Positions 55,337 through 64,000 of a stretch of 64,000 nucleotides of DNA are shown here, piece by piece. The position numbers and the translations under genes were made by a program. Numbering within the stretch: position 1 is the stretch's first letter; each line of letters opens with the position of its first letter. The DNA lies in the NCBI GenBank assembly GCA_052387675.1, contig JBQTIY010000007.1, forward strand, positions 257,544-321,543, given 5' to 3'. The DNA comes from Planctomycetota bacterium (GTDB lineage Bacteria > Planctomycetota > B15-G4). Below the pieces are notes generated by a model. That model saw only the letters and a program-made list of their open reading frames with translations, was not told the origin of the DNA and did not search any database.

Positions 55337-56595
55337 GCGTCGCGCAGCCTCACGACGCTGGCGACCTCCGCCGCTGGCAGCGCGTAGCTCAGGTGCTGAA
55401 CGGGAATGCCGTACTGCTTGAGGCGCGCAATCCAAGCCTCGCGGCCTTCCGACGCGGCATCGCCGGCAGCCGAAGAATCATGCACAGCCGCGTCACGCAT
55501 CTGCACCTGCCCGCCAGCCACCGCGTCCCAGCGCCCGATGACCGTGCGCGCTCCCGTGGTCCGCACCACGACGGTCTGGCCGTGCCACTCATCGTGACCG
55601 GGATGGAAGACGTGACCAGTGCCGTGCGCCGGGGGCATGGGCGAGATGATACGCGCGGCGATCTCGTCGAGAGGCCGGATTTGATAGCCGAGTTCGGCCT
55701 GCGCGCGGCTTGAGTCGAACCAGCCGTAGAGGCCCCACAGGCGAAAGCGCTCCGCCGCCCACGGCGGCCGGTCGAGACGCGCCCAGCCCAGCAGCGAGGC
55801 AGCGGGCACCAGGAGGTGCCGCAATCCGGCGGGCAGATCGCCTCGCGGTCCTGGCCTGCCCGCGGCTCGCGTGATGACCGCATAGAGCTCGCGCCAGGTG
55901 AGGTTGTGCCCCGCGAGGATGTAGCGCTCATTCGTCCGGCCGCGCGTCAGGGCCGCAACGATGGCCCGCGCCACGTCCTCGACGTCGGTCGCCGACGTGC
56001 CACCGGCCGGCGCCCAGCGCACTCGCCCCGCGAGGAGTCCGCGCACGAGCGAGGACGGCGGACCGCCGTCGCAGCGCGGGCCAAGCAGCAGGCCCGGATT
56101 GACCACCACCACCGGCACTTTGCCGCGCGCCGCCGCGAAGGCGCGGTCTTCGCCCTCGCGCTTGGAGCGTGCGTAGGCAATTCCGGAGGAGGCGCCGTTC
56201 CAGTGAGCCGACTCGTCGGCCACGCTGCGGTCGCGCCGCAGCGCGACGGCAGCCACTGTGGAGACATGCACGATGCGCGTGAGCCGCGCCGCCGTCGCCG
56301 CGCGCAGCAGTGCCGCTGTGCCCTCGACATTCACTGCGCGTTGCTCGGCGTCGCGGCGTGACCAAAGTCCCTTGTGCGCGGCCGCATGCACGAGTGCCTC
56401 GACGCCGTCGCAGGCGCGCTTGAGGCTCGCGGCCTCCAGCAGATCGCCAGGCGCCTGCTCGATGGGCAGTGAGTCGAGCCAGGGCCGGGCGCGCCCCGGG
56501 CGCACGAGCGCCCGGACCGAGTCGCCGCGACGCAAAAGCTCGGTCACGACGTGCTGGCCCAAAAAGCCCGTGGCACCGGTCACGAGGACGCGCAT
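55333..56595 (-). CDS. NAD-dependent epimerase/dehydratase (extended SDR) with an extra ~100-aa C-terminal domain
   Basis: The ATG at 56595 has a GGAGG RBS. It carries MRVLVTGATGFLG and YARSKREGE (YxxxK). The C-terminal tail (HVFHPGHDEWHGQTVVVRTTGARTVIGRWDAV...) is unassigned. The ORF-track N-terminal 288 aa are shadow sequence opposite the radical SAM gene. Confidence 0.8.
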   Translation of the reverse strand: MRVLVTGATGFLGQHVVTELLRRGDSVRALVRPGRARPWLDSLPIEQAPGDLLEAASLKRACDGVEALVHAAAHKGLWSRRDAEQRAVNVEGTAALLRAATAARLTRIVHVSTVAAVALRRDRSVADESAHWNGASSGIAYARSKREGEDRAFAAARGKVPVVVVNPGLLLGPRCDGGPPSSLVRGLLAGRVRWAPAGGTSATDVEDVARAIVAALTRGRTNERYILAGHNLTWRELYAVITRAAGRPGPRGDLPAGLRHLLVPAASLLGWARLDRPPWAAERFRLWGLYGWFDSSRAQAELGYQIRPLDEIAARIISPMPPAHGTGHVFHPGHDEWHGQTVVVRTTGARTVIGRWDAVAGGQVQMRDAAVHDSSAAGDAASEGREAWIARLKQYGIPVQHLSYALPAAEVASVVRLRDA

Positions 56596-56751
56596 CGACT
56601 GCCTCCGCGCGTCCGAGCCTAACAACTCTTCGCCGCGACGCTCCGCCTCGACTCTCCGCCCCCGGACTCTGGCGGGGCATGTTAGATTCGCGGCTCGCGG
56701 CGACCAGCGCGGACGATGGCCCCGCGCCTCGCGACTCGTGGAGGAGCGCCG

Positions 56752-57870
56752 ATGATCCTGCACCGACTGCGTCGCTTCACGCCACTCCAGCGCCTCGTGC
56801 AGCACACGCGCACGGTCCGCATCCGCAAGAGTCAGCCCGAGGGCCAGGCGCCGGCGCTGCCGGGCCGCATCATCGTCGAGCCCACCAATGCCTGCAATCT
56901 GAGCTGCGGCTATTGCGGCAACAAGGACATGGTGCGCCCGCGCACCTACTTGCCCATGGACGTGTTCGAGAAGTTGCTTGATGAGATGGTCGCGCTGGGC
57001 ATCCCGCGCATCACGCTGCACACGATCGGCGAACCCACACTGCACCCGCGCATCGCGGACATGCTCGCACTCGCCGTCGCGCGACAGCGCGTCGTGACCA
57101 TGAGCACCAATGGCACGCTGCTCACCGAGGAACTGGCCCGCTCGCTCGTGCGGGCCGGTCCGCACATGCTGCACGTTTCCGTGGACGCCGCGGACCAAGC
57201 GACGCTGGGCAAGACTCGGCAAGGCGCGGCGCTCGACGACATCATCACGGGGCTGCGCCGGCTGCGGCGCCTGCGCGACGCGGAAGGTCCGCTGCGCGAC
57301 AGCCCTTGGGGGCGCGTGCGCATGCCGACGCTCGCGGTCACTTGCGTCCTCACGCCGAACTTCACGCGGGCGGTCGAGCGCGAGTTCTTCCGCACCTTCT
57401 CGCCGATCGTCGACGACATCGTCTTTCACACCGCCAACAACCACGGCGACTATGTGCACACCGAGCCCTGGTATCAGCGCTCGCTCTTGCCGCGGCGCTG
57501 GCGCAAGGGCTTCTACAAGAGCCTGCGCGTGCCCTGCCCGTACCCGTGGGACACGCTCTATCTGCTGAGCGACCTCACCGTCTCAGCCTGCCGCTGGGAC
57601 TTCGATGCGCGCGTGCCGGTCGGACGTTTCCCCGAGACGAGCCTGCCTGAACTTTGGCACGGCCAGGCCATGCGCAGTCTGCGGCGCGCGCACATGCAGG
57701 CCGACTTTGGCGACTGGACGCTCTGCGAAGACTGCAGCGGCAACCTTTACGAGAACCGCTACGAGCACTTCCGGCTCACCAACAAGCTCAAGCGCAGAAA
57801 TGGCATGGTCTCGGTGCGCAACACCTGGCAGCCCGAGAATCCGATGGGTGTCCGCCCCGGGCAGGGCTGA
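56752..57870 (+). CDS. Radical SAM enzyme with a Cys-rich SPASM-like C-terminal region
   Basis: The cluster motif is EPTNACNLSCGYCGN (CxxxCxxC), with GEPTLHP and STNGTLL. C-terminal cysteines are CPYPWD...SACRWDF...LCEDCSG. The start is ATG 56752. Confidence 0.8.
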   Translation: MILHRLRRFTPLQRLVQHTRTVRIRKSQPEGQAPALPGRIIVEPTNACNLSCGYCGNKDMVRPRTYLPMDVFEKLLDEMVALGIPRITLHTIGEPTLHPRIADMLALAVARQRVVTMSTNGTLLTEELARSLVRAGPHMLHVSVDAADQATLGKTRQGAALDDIITGLRRLRRLRDAEGPLRDSPWGRVRMPTLAVTCVLTPNFTRAVEREFFRTFSPIVDDIVFHTANNHGDYVHTEPWYQRSLLPRRWRKGFYKSLRVPCPYPWDTLYLLSDLTVSACRWDFDARVPVGRFPETSLPELWHGQAMRSLRRAHMQADFGDWTLCEDCSGNLYENRYEHFRLTNKLKRRNGMVSVRNTWQPENPMGVRPGQG

Positions 57871-57903
57871 CCTCGCTGGGCCGGCGCAGCGCCGATCGTT
57901 AAA

Positions 57904-59712
57904 GTGGCGGCCATGATCTCTTCGGCACATTCAGACTTGCCGCCCCTGGGCGACAACCCGTCCAGCGAGCGCCAGGGCACCACACCCGGCAGCTTCGCCC
58001 AACGCGGACGCATCGGGACGCCGTGGAGCTTCGCCTCGCCGGACACGCCCGGCATGCCCGCGCCCAGCGCGCGCACGGCCTGGGACTTCATGCCCCAGGA
58101 CTGGACCTGCTTGGTGCCGGCGCTCGCCGCCGACGCCAGCGCGTTGGAGAACGAGGCCTTCTCGGCCGCTTGCCGCCGACCGGAGGCCTGGCGTGCTCCG
58201 CCGGGTTTTCAGCCGCGCACGCAGCTTGAACATGCGCGACTGGGCACGATCACGCCGCAGATGCAGCGCGTGGCCGAGCGCGAGCCGCACCTCACTCCGG
58301 TGCAAGTGCGCGACGAGGTCGCGGCCGGCCGCATGGTCATCCCGGCCAATGTGCGGCACTTGGCGCTGCAGCTCGACCCCATGGCCATTGGGCGCGCCAG
58401 CCTGACCAAGATCAACGCCAACCTGGGCGCCTCACCGGTGAGCAGCAGCACCGACGAAGAGGTTGAGAAGGTGCGCTGGGCCGTGCGCTGGGGCGCCGAC
58501 ACGGTCATGGACCTTTCCACCGGCGGCAACCTCGACGAGTGCCGCGCGGCGATCGTGCGCGCCAGCACGGTGCCCATCGGCACCGTGCCGATCTATTCCA
58601 TGATCATCGGCCGCAAGCTCGAGCAGCTCGACATCGCAGTGGTGCTGGCCACGCTGCGCCTGCAAGCCGAACAGGGCGTGGATTACTTCACCATCCACGC
58701 CGGCGTGCTGCGCGAGCATCTGCCCTTCGTGAAGGAGCGCCTCATCGGCATCGTGAGCCGCGGCGGCGCGCTCTTGGCCAAGTGGATGCTCCAGACCGGC
58801 CGCCAGAATCTCATGTACGAGCACTGGGAAGAGATCTGCGCACTCATGCGCGAGTTCGATGTCACCTTCTCCATCGGCGACGGCCTGCGGCCCGGCGGCC
58901 TGGCCGACGCCACCGACCGCGCGCAGCTCGCCGAGCTGTCCACGCTGGGCGAGCTGACCGAGCGCGCCTGGCGTCAGGGCGTGCAGGTCATGGTCGAGGG
59001 CCCCGGGCATGTGCCCTTCGATCAGATCGAGTTCAACATGAAGCTGCAGCGGCGCCTGTGCCACGGCGCACCTTTCTATGTGCTCGGGCCGCTGGTCACG
59101 GACATCTTTCCCGGCTACGACCACATCACGAGCTGCATCGGCGCCACGTCGGCCGGTTACCACGGCGCGGCCATGCTCTGCTACGTGACGCCCAAGGAGC
59201 ACGTCGGCCTGCCCAAGAAGGAAGACGTGAAGCAGGGCTGCGTGGCCTACAAGATCGCCGCGCACGCTGCAGACGTAGCGCTCGGCATCCCTGGCGCGCG
59301 CGACCGCGACGACGAGCTGACCAAGGCGCGCGCCGCGCTGAACTGGGAGCGGCACTTCGAGCTGAGCTTCGACCCCGAGCTGGCGCGCAGCTATCACGAC
59401 GAAGACTTGCAGGTCGACACCGACTTCTGCGCGATGTGCGGGCACGACTGGTGCAGCGTGCGCATCAGCAAGGAGATCAAGGAGTTTGGCAGCGGCAAGT
59501 CCGCCGAGGCCCAGCCGGCCCGGCGCACACAGCCCTCGCCAGCGGCGGCCGCGGCCGCGGCCAGTTCAGCTGCTGCGCCGAGCACCGTCGCCGAGCTGGC
59601 CGCGCGTGCACGCCTCGCCGCCGAGCATCACGAGAAGCTCGGCTGCCACAGCGACGTGGCGCCCGACGACGAGGCCGCGCGACGCGCGCAGCAGGAACTC
59701 GTTCAGCGCTGA
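57904..59712 (+). CDS. thiC: Phosphomethylpyrimidine synthase
   Basis: It has [47 protein letters not shown], and the cluster motif [11 protein letters not shown]. The start is uncertain (57904, or ATG 58090), and there is an Ala-rich C-terminal extension. Confidence 0.9.
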   Translation: MAAMISSAHSDLPPLGDNPSSERQGTTPGSFAQRGRIGTPWSFASPDTPGMPAPSARTAWDFMPQDWTCLVPALAADASALENEAFSAACRRPEAWRAPPGFQPRTQLEHARLGTITPQMQRVAEREPHLTPVQVRDEVAAGRMVIPANVRHLALQLDPMAIGRASLTKINANLGASPVSSSTDEEVEKVRWAVRWGADTVMDLSTGGNLDECRAAIVRASTVPIGTVPIYSMIIGRKLEQLDIAVVLATLRLQAEQGVDYFTIHAGVLREHLPFVKERLIGIVSRGGALLAKWMLQTGRQNLMYEHWEEICALMREFDVTFSIGDGLRPGGLADATDRAQLAELSTLGELTERAWRQGVQVMVEGPGHVPFDQIEFNMKLQRRLCHGAPFYVLGPLVTDIFPGYDHITSCIGATSAGYHGAAMLCYVTPKEHVGLPKKEDVKQGCVAYKIAAHAADVALGIPGARDRDDELTKARAALNWERHFELSFDPELARSYHDEDLQVDTDFCAMCGHDWCSVRISKEIKEFGSGKSAEAQPARRTQPSPAAAAAAASSAAAPSTVAELAARARLAAEHHEKLGCHSDVAPDDEAARRAQQELVQR

Positions 59713-59752
59713 GTTCCCGCCGCGCGCGCCCTCATCGCGCAGCGGACCGGGT

Positions 59753-60472
59753 CTAGCAGTCGGGCTCGACGCACCAGAGCGTCAGCCCCACGATATGCAG
59801 GTTCACCGCATTGCCGAACTGCAGCGGCGGATTCGTGCTGCCGAAGCCGGTTGTCAGGCCAACCTCCTTGCGCGCTGCCTGAAAGTGCAGCGTGAGTCCG
59901 GTGAGCTGCGGCTCGAAGGGCACGGTGAAGTCGAAGGCCGCGCCCTCGGAGAAGTTGAGCGAGAAGGCCGTGCCGACCATGAAGAAGGGATCGGCCAGCA
60001 GGAAGCTGCCGCGCAACGGCGGCAACGGCACGAAGCCGGGCCCGAGCGAGACAAAGAGGGCGTGCTGAGCGAGCCCGCCCGGTCCCGAGCGCAGGCGCAC
60101 CGGGCAACCGAGGCCGCCGGTGCCGCAGATTTCGAGCGTGGCGGGCGGGGGCTCAGCGATCTCGAAGACCGTGAAGAACGGACACTCAAGCACGCTCTGC
60201 ACGGCGCTGATCTTGACGAGCTTGTCCACGTACTGCGCCAGATCGATCTCGCCGCCCAGCAAGTAGAGCGTGGTGCCGCCGGCCTCCAGGATGAACTCCG
60301 GCGGTGCGCAGATCGCGAGCGAGTCGGCGGCTTCGTTCAGCGAGTACGGACGCACGATGCCGGTCACGCCGATGGGCTGCGGCTCAGCGAAGGGCGGCTC
60401 GATCACGATCTGAGCCGTGAGCGGCGTGGCTATCGCCGTGAGCAGAAGAGCAGTGCACAGGGTCTTGATCAT
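59753..60472 (-). CDS. Secreted hypothetical protein carrying a divergent copy of the recurrent C-terminal module
   Basis: The signal peptide is MIKTLCTALLLTAIATPLTAQ. The C-terminal region is ALFVSLGPGFVPLPPLRGSFLLADPFFMVG...EGAAFDFTVPFEPQLTGLTLHFQA. Confidence 0.6.
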   Translation of the reverse strand: MIKTLCTALLLTAIATPLTAQIVIEPPFAEPQPIGVTGIVRPYSLNEAADSLAICAPPEFILEAGGTTLYLLGGEIDLAQYVDKLVKISAVQSVLECPFFTVFEIAEPPPATLEICGTGGLGCPVRLRSGPGGLAQHALFVSLGPGFVPLPPLRGSFLLADPFFMVGTAFSLNFSEGAAFDFTVPFEPQLTGLTLHFQAARKEVGLTTGFGSTNPPLQFGNAVNLHIVGLTLWCVEPDC

Positions 60473-60663
60473 CGAAGGCTCCAGGATTGCAGGGGAAGCT
60501 GGTTGGGCGCGTGAGGTTCTCGGGCGGCCCGGAATGGGCCGTGGCCACCTTCTAGTCTCGGGCCTCGGTCAGGTTCCAATCTTCAGCGACTCCGCCGCAC
60601 CAACGCCACATGCTGGGCCGAGTTGTCATGCTAGGAACGACACCTACTCAGGAGTTCAGCACG

Positions 60664-61044
60664 ATGCCTCGCCAGCCCACTCCGCTCACTGCCAAGCAGA
60701 TCGCAGCCCTCGCGCCCAAACTCCACGGCTGGCGCCTTATCCGACAGAGCCGCCTGTCCCGCGTGGAGCGTTTTCCCGATTTCGCCACGGCACTGACTTT
60801 TGTGAACGCTCTTGCCGCCGAGGCCGAGGCGCTGAACCACCATCCCGACCTGACGTTGAAGTGGGGGCAGGTCGGCATCGTGCTCACCACGCACTCGGCC
60901 GGCGGTCTCACGCGCAAAGACTTCACCTTGGCGGCACGGATCAGCCGGCTGGCAAACCAAAGGTCGGCTGCGCCGGGCGCGGTTGCTCGTGGGGCGAGAG
61001 TACGCCGCAGGTCTGCCACCCGGGCCTCCCGTCCGAAGCGGTAG
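60664..61044 (+). CDS. Pterin-4-alpha-carbinolamine dehydratase
   Basis: It has LHGWRL, FPDFATALTFVNALAAEAEALNHHPDL and VLTTHSAGGLT. The start is ATG 60664 with a CAGGAG RBS. A ~25-aa basic tail follows. Confidence 0.85.
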   Translation: MPRQPTPLTAKQIAALAPKLHGWRLIRQSRLSRVERFPDFATALTFVNALAAEAEALNHHPDLTLKWGQVGIVLTTHSAGGLTRKDFTLAARISRLANQRSAAPGAVARGARVRRRSATRASRPKR

Positions 61045-61054
61045 AGTGGCCGAC

Positions 61055-61447
61055 ATGAGCAAGCACCCTCACTTCGATGACCGTGGCACTTTGAGCTGGC
61101 ACACACGCTGGGAGGACGCCCTCGCCGCCGCCCGCCGCGATGGCAAGCTCATCTTCATCGAGATGGGCCGCGAGCAGTGCAGCAACTGCCGCACGCTCGT
61201 GCAGGGTGTCGTGCCGCAGCCCAGCATCGCCAAGTTGCTGCAAGAGCGCTTCGTCGCCCTGGCCTCCGACGTCGACGATCCCGAGCCGGCCGTGCTGGAC
61301 CTGGCCATGCAGAACCTGGCCGATGCCACCATGCTGCCCTTCGTGCTCTTCACGGACGCCGAAGGCAACTTCCTGGCCGGCGGCCACGGAGCGGTCCATC
61401 CCGACCGATTCCGCGAAACCCTCGAGGAATTGGCCGCTGCCGGCTGA
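61055..61447 (+). CDS. Thioredoxin-fold protein (Thioredoxin_7/DUF255-like, CxxC)
   Basis: The start is ATG 61055 (MSKHPHF). It has WEDALAAARRDGKLIFIEMGREQCSNCR (CxxC). Confidence 0.7.
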   Translation: MSKHPHFDDRGTLSWHTRWEDALAAARRDGKLIFIEMGREQCSNCRTLVQGVVPQPSIAKLLQERFVALASDVDDPEPAVLDLAMQNLADATMLPFVLFTDAEGNFLAGGHGAVHPDRFRETLEELAAAG

Positions 61448-61611
61448 GGCCGTGCCCGCACTGGAACCCGTCGCGAGCCGGCCCAATCGGCGGCTGGCGT
61501 CGAAAGAAACTTGTAAGCCGCGTCCCCACCGCGCCGAAGAGTGGATGTAGACTCCGGACCATCGGATGCACTCCTTTGTGGGTGCCACCCTGAGGGGCGG
61601 AGGCCCCCCTA

Positions 61612-61646
61612 AAAATGGCCCGGGACCGCGCATCCCGGGCCATTTT
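61612..61646. terminator. Perfect 14-bp hairpin flanked by A- and T-tracts (bidirectional-terminator-like)
   Basis: AAAATGGCCCGGGA-CCGCGCA-TCCCGGGCCATTTT lies 165 nt downstream of the thioredoxin-like gene and 50 nt upstream of the S8 peptidase start. Confidence 0.5.
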
Positions 61647-61696
61647 CTTCTCCCGACTGCCCCCCGACCTCCTCCCGACTTCCCAAAAGCCTCACG

Positions 61697-63733
61697 ATGT
61701 CTCCTCGCCATCTCACGTTCGGCCGACGCCCCGCCTCGCTGGTGGCGAGCTTGGCTCTCGTGGCGAACCCAAGTCTGGTGCTCGTGGCGATGATGGCGCT
61801 CGCGCCGCACGCCGCCGCGCAAGCTGACGGACAGCGCATCGCGCCCGAGCTGCGCGCTGCTATGGCGGCTGCCGCCCCGGGCGAACTCCTGCCGGCCTAT
61901 CTCGTGATGCAGTCGCAGCTCGATCTCGACACACTCGAGACGGCCGTGCGTCTGGCCGGCCCGCAGGCGCGGCGCACGACGGCGGCGCGTGCGACGGTCG
62001 TCGCACAGAGCCTGCGCGCCCACTCCGACGAGACACAAGTAGCGGCGCGACAGATCCTGCAGCAGGCGGTGAGTGTCGGCGCAGCGAGTGGCGTGCGCAC
62101 GCTGTGGATCGGCAACGCGCTCGTCTTCGCGGCCACTCCGGAGGTCATCGCGGAGTTGGTCGCGCTGCCGGGCGTTGCGCGTGTGGTTCTGCGTGTGACG
62201 CTCGAGGCCTCGGCCTACCAAGACGCCGTCGCACCACTTCCCGCTCCAGCCGTCCTGCCGGCTCCGGCGGCGGCGCCCCTCGCCGCTCCGGCCGCCTTGC
62301 CCTTCGCCGGCGGCCCGGCTCCCGAACCCAACCTCGTCGGCCACCAGGCGCCGGCGCTCTGGGATGTGGGCTTCGACGGCAGCGGCGTGCTGCTCGGCAG
62401 CATCGACTCCGGCGTTTGGTGGACGCATCCCGACCTGGTGAACCGCATCTGGGCCAATGCGGACGAGATCGCGGGCAACGGCCTCGACGATGACGGCAAC
62501 GGTCTCATCGATGACCTGCGCGGCTGGGACTTCCTCAGTGACAGCGCCGATGTCACGGCCGCCAACTTCGACACGCACGGCACCAAGTCGGTGGGCATCG
62601 CGGTCGGCGACGGCAGCAGCGGCGTGCGCCGCACCGGCATGGCGCCCGGCGCCTCGCTGCTCATCTGCGAAGTGCTCGATGAGCCGAGCTACTGGCTGGC
62701 GCAGCAGTACTGCCTCGACGAGGGCGTCGCGGTGATCACGTCGAGCTACAGCTACAAGTGGCTCGACTCGCCGAAGCCCGACTACGCCATGCACCGCCAA
62801 GTCTGCGACGCATTGCTCGCAGCCGGCATCGTGCAAGCCAACTCGATCGGCAATCAGGGCAACCTCACGGCCTTCTATCCCGTGCCCTTCAACATCGCCG
62901 CGCCGGGCAACTGCCCCTCGCCCTTCGTGCATCCGCAGGGCGCGAGCGGCGGACGCTCTGCGATTCTGGCCTGCGGCGGCATCGATCTGGCGAACGACAG
63001 CCTCTACATCCCGTCGGGGCGCGGACCGGCCGCCTGGGAAGACGTCACGCTCTACCAGCCCAGCTACCCGTGGCCTCAGAATCCCGCCTGGTGGGACTAC
63101 CCCTACGGCGGCTTCGGCGGCGGCGGGCCCGGACTGCTCAAGCCCGACCTCGCCGGCTACACCGTAAACATCCAGACCACCACCATCGGCCCCGGCTTCT
63201 CCACTTTCAGCGGCACGTCGGCGGCGACGCCGCACCTGGGCGGCGCGCTCTGCCTGCTGCGGCAAGTCCAGCCGGCGGCGGAGCCGCGGCATCTCGCGGC
63301 GGCGCTGGAGTTCACGGCCGCCGACCTCGGCGCGCCCGGCAAGGACGGCGATTTTGGCTCGGGCAAGATCCAGGTCTTCGACGCGGCGCGGCGGCTGCGC
63401 GTGCTCGGCCGTTTCGACGACATCACGCCCTCACTGGGCCAGCCGATCCTGCTCGAACTTTTCGGCCCGCCGAGCGCCACCGTCTACGCCTACCTGGGCC
63501 TGGCCATCGCCGACTCGCCGAGCCACTTCAATCTCGTGCCGCCCTTCCTGCCGCTCGCCGCCTTCGGCTTGGATGGCACCGGCGAGGCCAGCATCCCGCT
63601 GGTTATTCCCAGCGATCCGCTCTATGTCGGCCTGAACGTGTGGCTGCAGTTTGGCGCAGCGAATGATGATCCGGCCAACTGGGGTCCGGGCCCGATGCTC
63701 TCGGTGCCCGAGGGGCTTACGATCGGGACTTAG
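61697..63733 (+). CDS. Secreted subtilisin-like (S8) serine peptidase with N-terminal propeptide and the recurrent C-terminal module
   Basis: It has a signal peptide. The catalytic triad motifs are GSIDSGVWWTHPDL (Asp), HGTKSVGIAVG (His) and GTSAATPHLGGA (Ser). A DDDGNGLIDD insert is present. For the C-terminal ~100 aa, see findings. Confidence 0.85.
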   Translation: MSPRHLTFGRRPASLVASLALVANPSLVLVAMMALAPHAAAQADGQRIAPELRAAMAAAAPGELLPAYLVMQSQLDLDTLETAVRLAGPQARRTTAARATVVAQSLRAHSDETQVAARQILQQAVSVGAASGVRTLWIGNALVFAATPEVIAELVALPGVARVVLRVTLEASAYQDAVAPLPAPAVLPAPAAAPLAAPAALPFAGGPAPEPNLVGHQAPALWDVGFDGSGVLLGSIDSGVWWTHPDLVNRIWANADEIAGNGLDDDGNGLIDDLRGWDFLSDSADVTAANFDTHGTKSVGIAVGDGSSGVRRTGMAPGASLLICEVLDEPSYWLAQQYCLDEGVAVITSSYSYKWLDSPKPDYAMHRQVCDALLAAGIVQANSIGNQGNLTAFYPVPFNIAAPGNCPSPFVHPQGASGGRSAILACGGIDLANDSLYIPSGRGPAAWEDVTLYQPSYPWPQNPAWWDYPYGGFGGGGPGLLKPDLAGYTVNIQTTTIGPGFSTFSGTSAATPHLGGALCLLRQVQPAAEPRHLAAALEFTAADLGAPGKDGDFGSGKIQVFDAARRLRVLGRFDDITPSLGQPILLELFGPPSATVYAYLGLAIADSPSHFNLVPPFLPLAAFGLDGTGEASIPLVIPSDPLYVGLNVWLQFGAANDDPANWGPGPMLSVPEGLTIGT

Positions 63734-64000
63734 CGCGCACCGTGAGCACCGGCACGGAGCAGTGCCGGATCACGTGCTGCGCCGTGCTGCCGAGCAGCAG
63801 AGCGCCCAGGCCCGAGCGGCCGTGTGTCGCGACGACCACGAGGTCCGCTGAAAGCGAGGCCGCCAGAGCGCAGATTCGCGAGGCGGCATGGCCGGACTCG
63901 ACTTGCACGCGCACCTTCACGCCGCGCTGACGAATGGGCTCGATCAAGGCGGCTAGCGCCTTTTCGGCGCCTTTGCGGGCCACGCCCTCGTAATCGATCG
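63717..64000 (-). CDS. Universal stress protein (UspA family), 5' end beyond the window
   Basis: The C-terminal Usp signature is ADLVVVATHGRSGLGALLLGSTAQHVIRHCSVPVLTV. The frame remains open to base 64000. Confidence 0.75.
   Translation of the reverse strand, partial: IDYEGVARKGAEKALAALIEPIRQRGVKVRVQVESGHAASRICALAASLSADLVVVATHGRSGLGALLLGSTAQHVIRHCSVPVLTVRAKSRS

Noticed and set aside
56596-56751. A RiPP precursor peptide near the radical SAM gene
   Set aside because: No short ORF with an RBS and a plausible leader/core was found in the divergent spacer or downstream. The only ORFs there overlap the rSAM gene out of frame with shadow-like composition.
57871-58100. TPP riboswitch upstream of thiC
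   Set aside because: I looked for the CUGAGA and ACCUGAUCCGG...GCG...GGGA cores on the plus strand and did not find them. Only a weak CCCGGCATGCCCGCG resemblance is present. It is not annotated; cmsearch is needed.
60941-63292. A 783-aa minus-strand ORF, the longest unexplained ORF in the track
   Set aside because: It lies antisense to the S8 peptidase, which has an intact catalytic triad. Its translation is Arg/Ala/Gly-rich with no motifs, which is the typical shadow ORF of ~70% GC DNA.

Overview
This is a 64 kb, roughly 70% GC, gene-dense chromosomal segment with about 50 supportable CDS on both strands, many joined by 4-nt ATGA/GTGA overlaps. I found no rRNA, tRNA, CRISPR array, transposase, integrase or phage gene, so it reads as core chromosome rather than a mobile island. 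The organism is not identifiable from the sequence. The secretome content (SBBP propeller, CHRD, CarboxypepD_reg arrays, M14 peptidases with DxDxDG inserts) only loosely suggests a Planctomycetota- or Myxococcota-like genome. Recognisable housekeeping genes are an OmpR-type regulator and histidine kinase, csp, rhodanese, GTP-PEPCK, an IMPase-family gene, an HAD phosphatase, bcp, truB, glgP-type alpha-glucan phosphorylase, a dapA-lysC-asd operon, thiC, pterin carbinolamine dehydratase and a uspA fragment. Six things seem most worth a second look. (1) A five-gene translationally coupled envelope operon at 30186-35296 encodes a 2-TM peptide, an anchored protein, a ferric-reductase-TM/Rieske/Cys-rich fusion, a tandem kinase-like protein and an ICMT-like methyltransferase. 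(2) A second tightly coupled operon at 1873-6676 encodes an ICMT-like paralog, a thermostable-hemolysin-family GNAT-like protein, an adenylating enzyme fused to a heme-oxygenase-like diiron domain, an SDR and DoxX, which looks like an uncharacterised lipid or small-molecule pathway. (3) A roughly 100-aa C-terminal module that I cannot name recurs on five otherwise unrelated secreted proteins, including an S8 protease. (4) A cluster of three paralogous atypical ECF-like sigma genes at 43928-48065 includes a sigma2-only copy and a copy with a long C-terminal extension. (5) A roughly 150-180 bp hairpin-containing intergenic repeat occurs three times, with two inverted copies bracketing truB. (6) A block rich in poly-C/poly-G runs splits an SBBP gene and is probably an assembly artifact. 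All family assignments come from motif recognition by eye; no searches were run.
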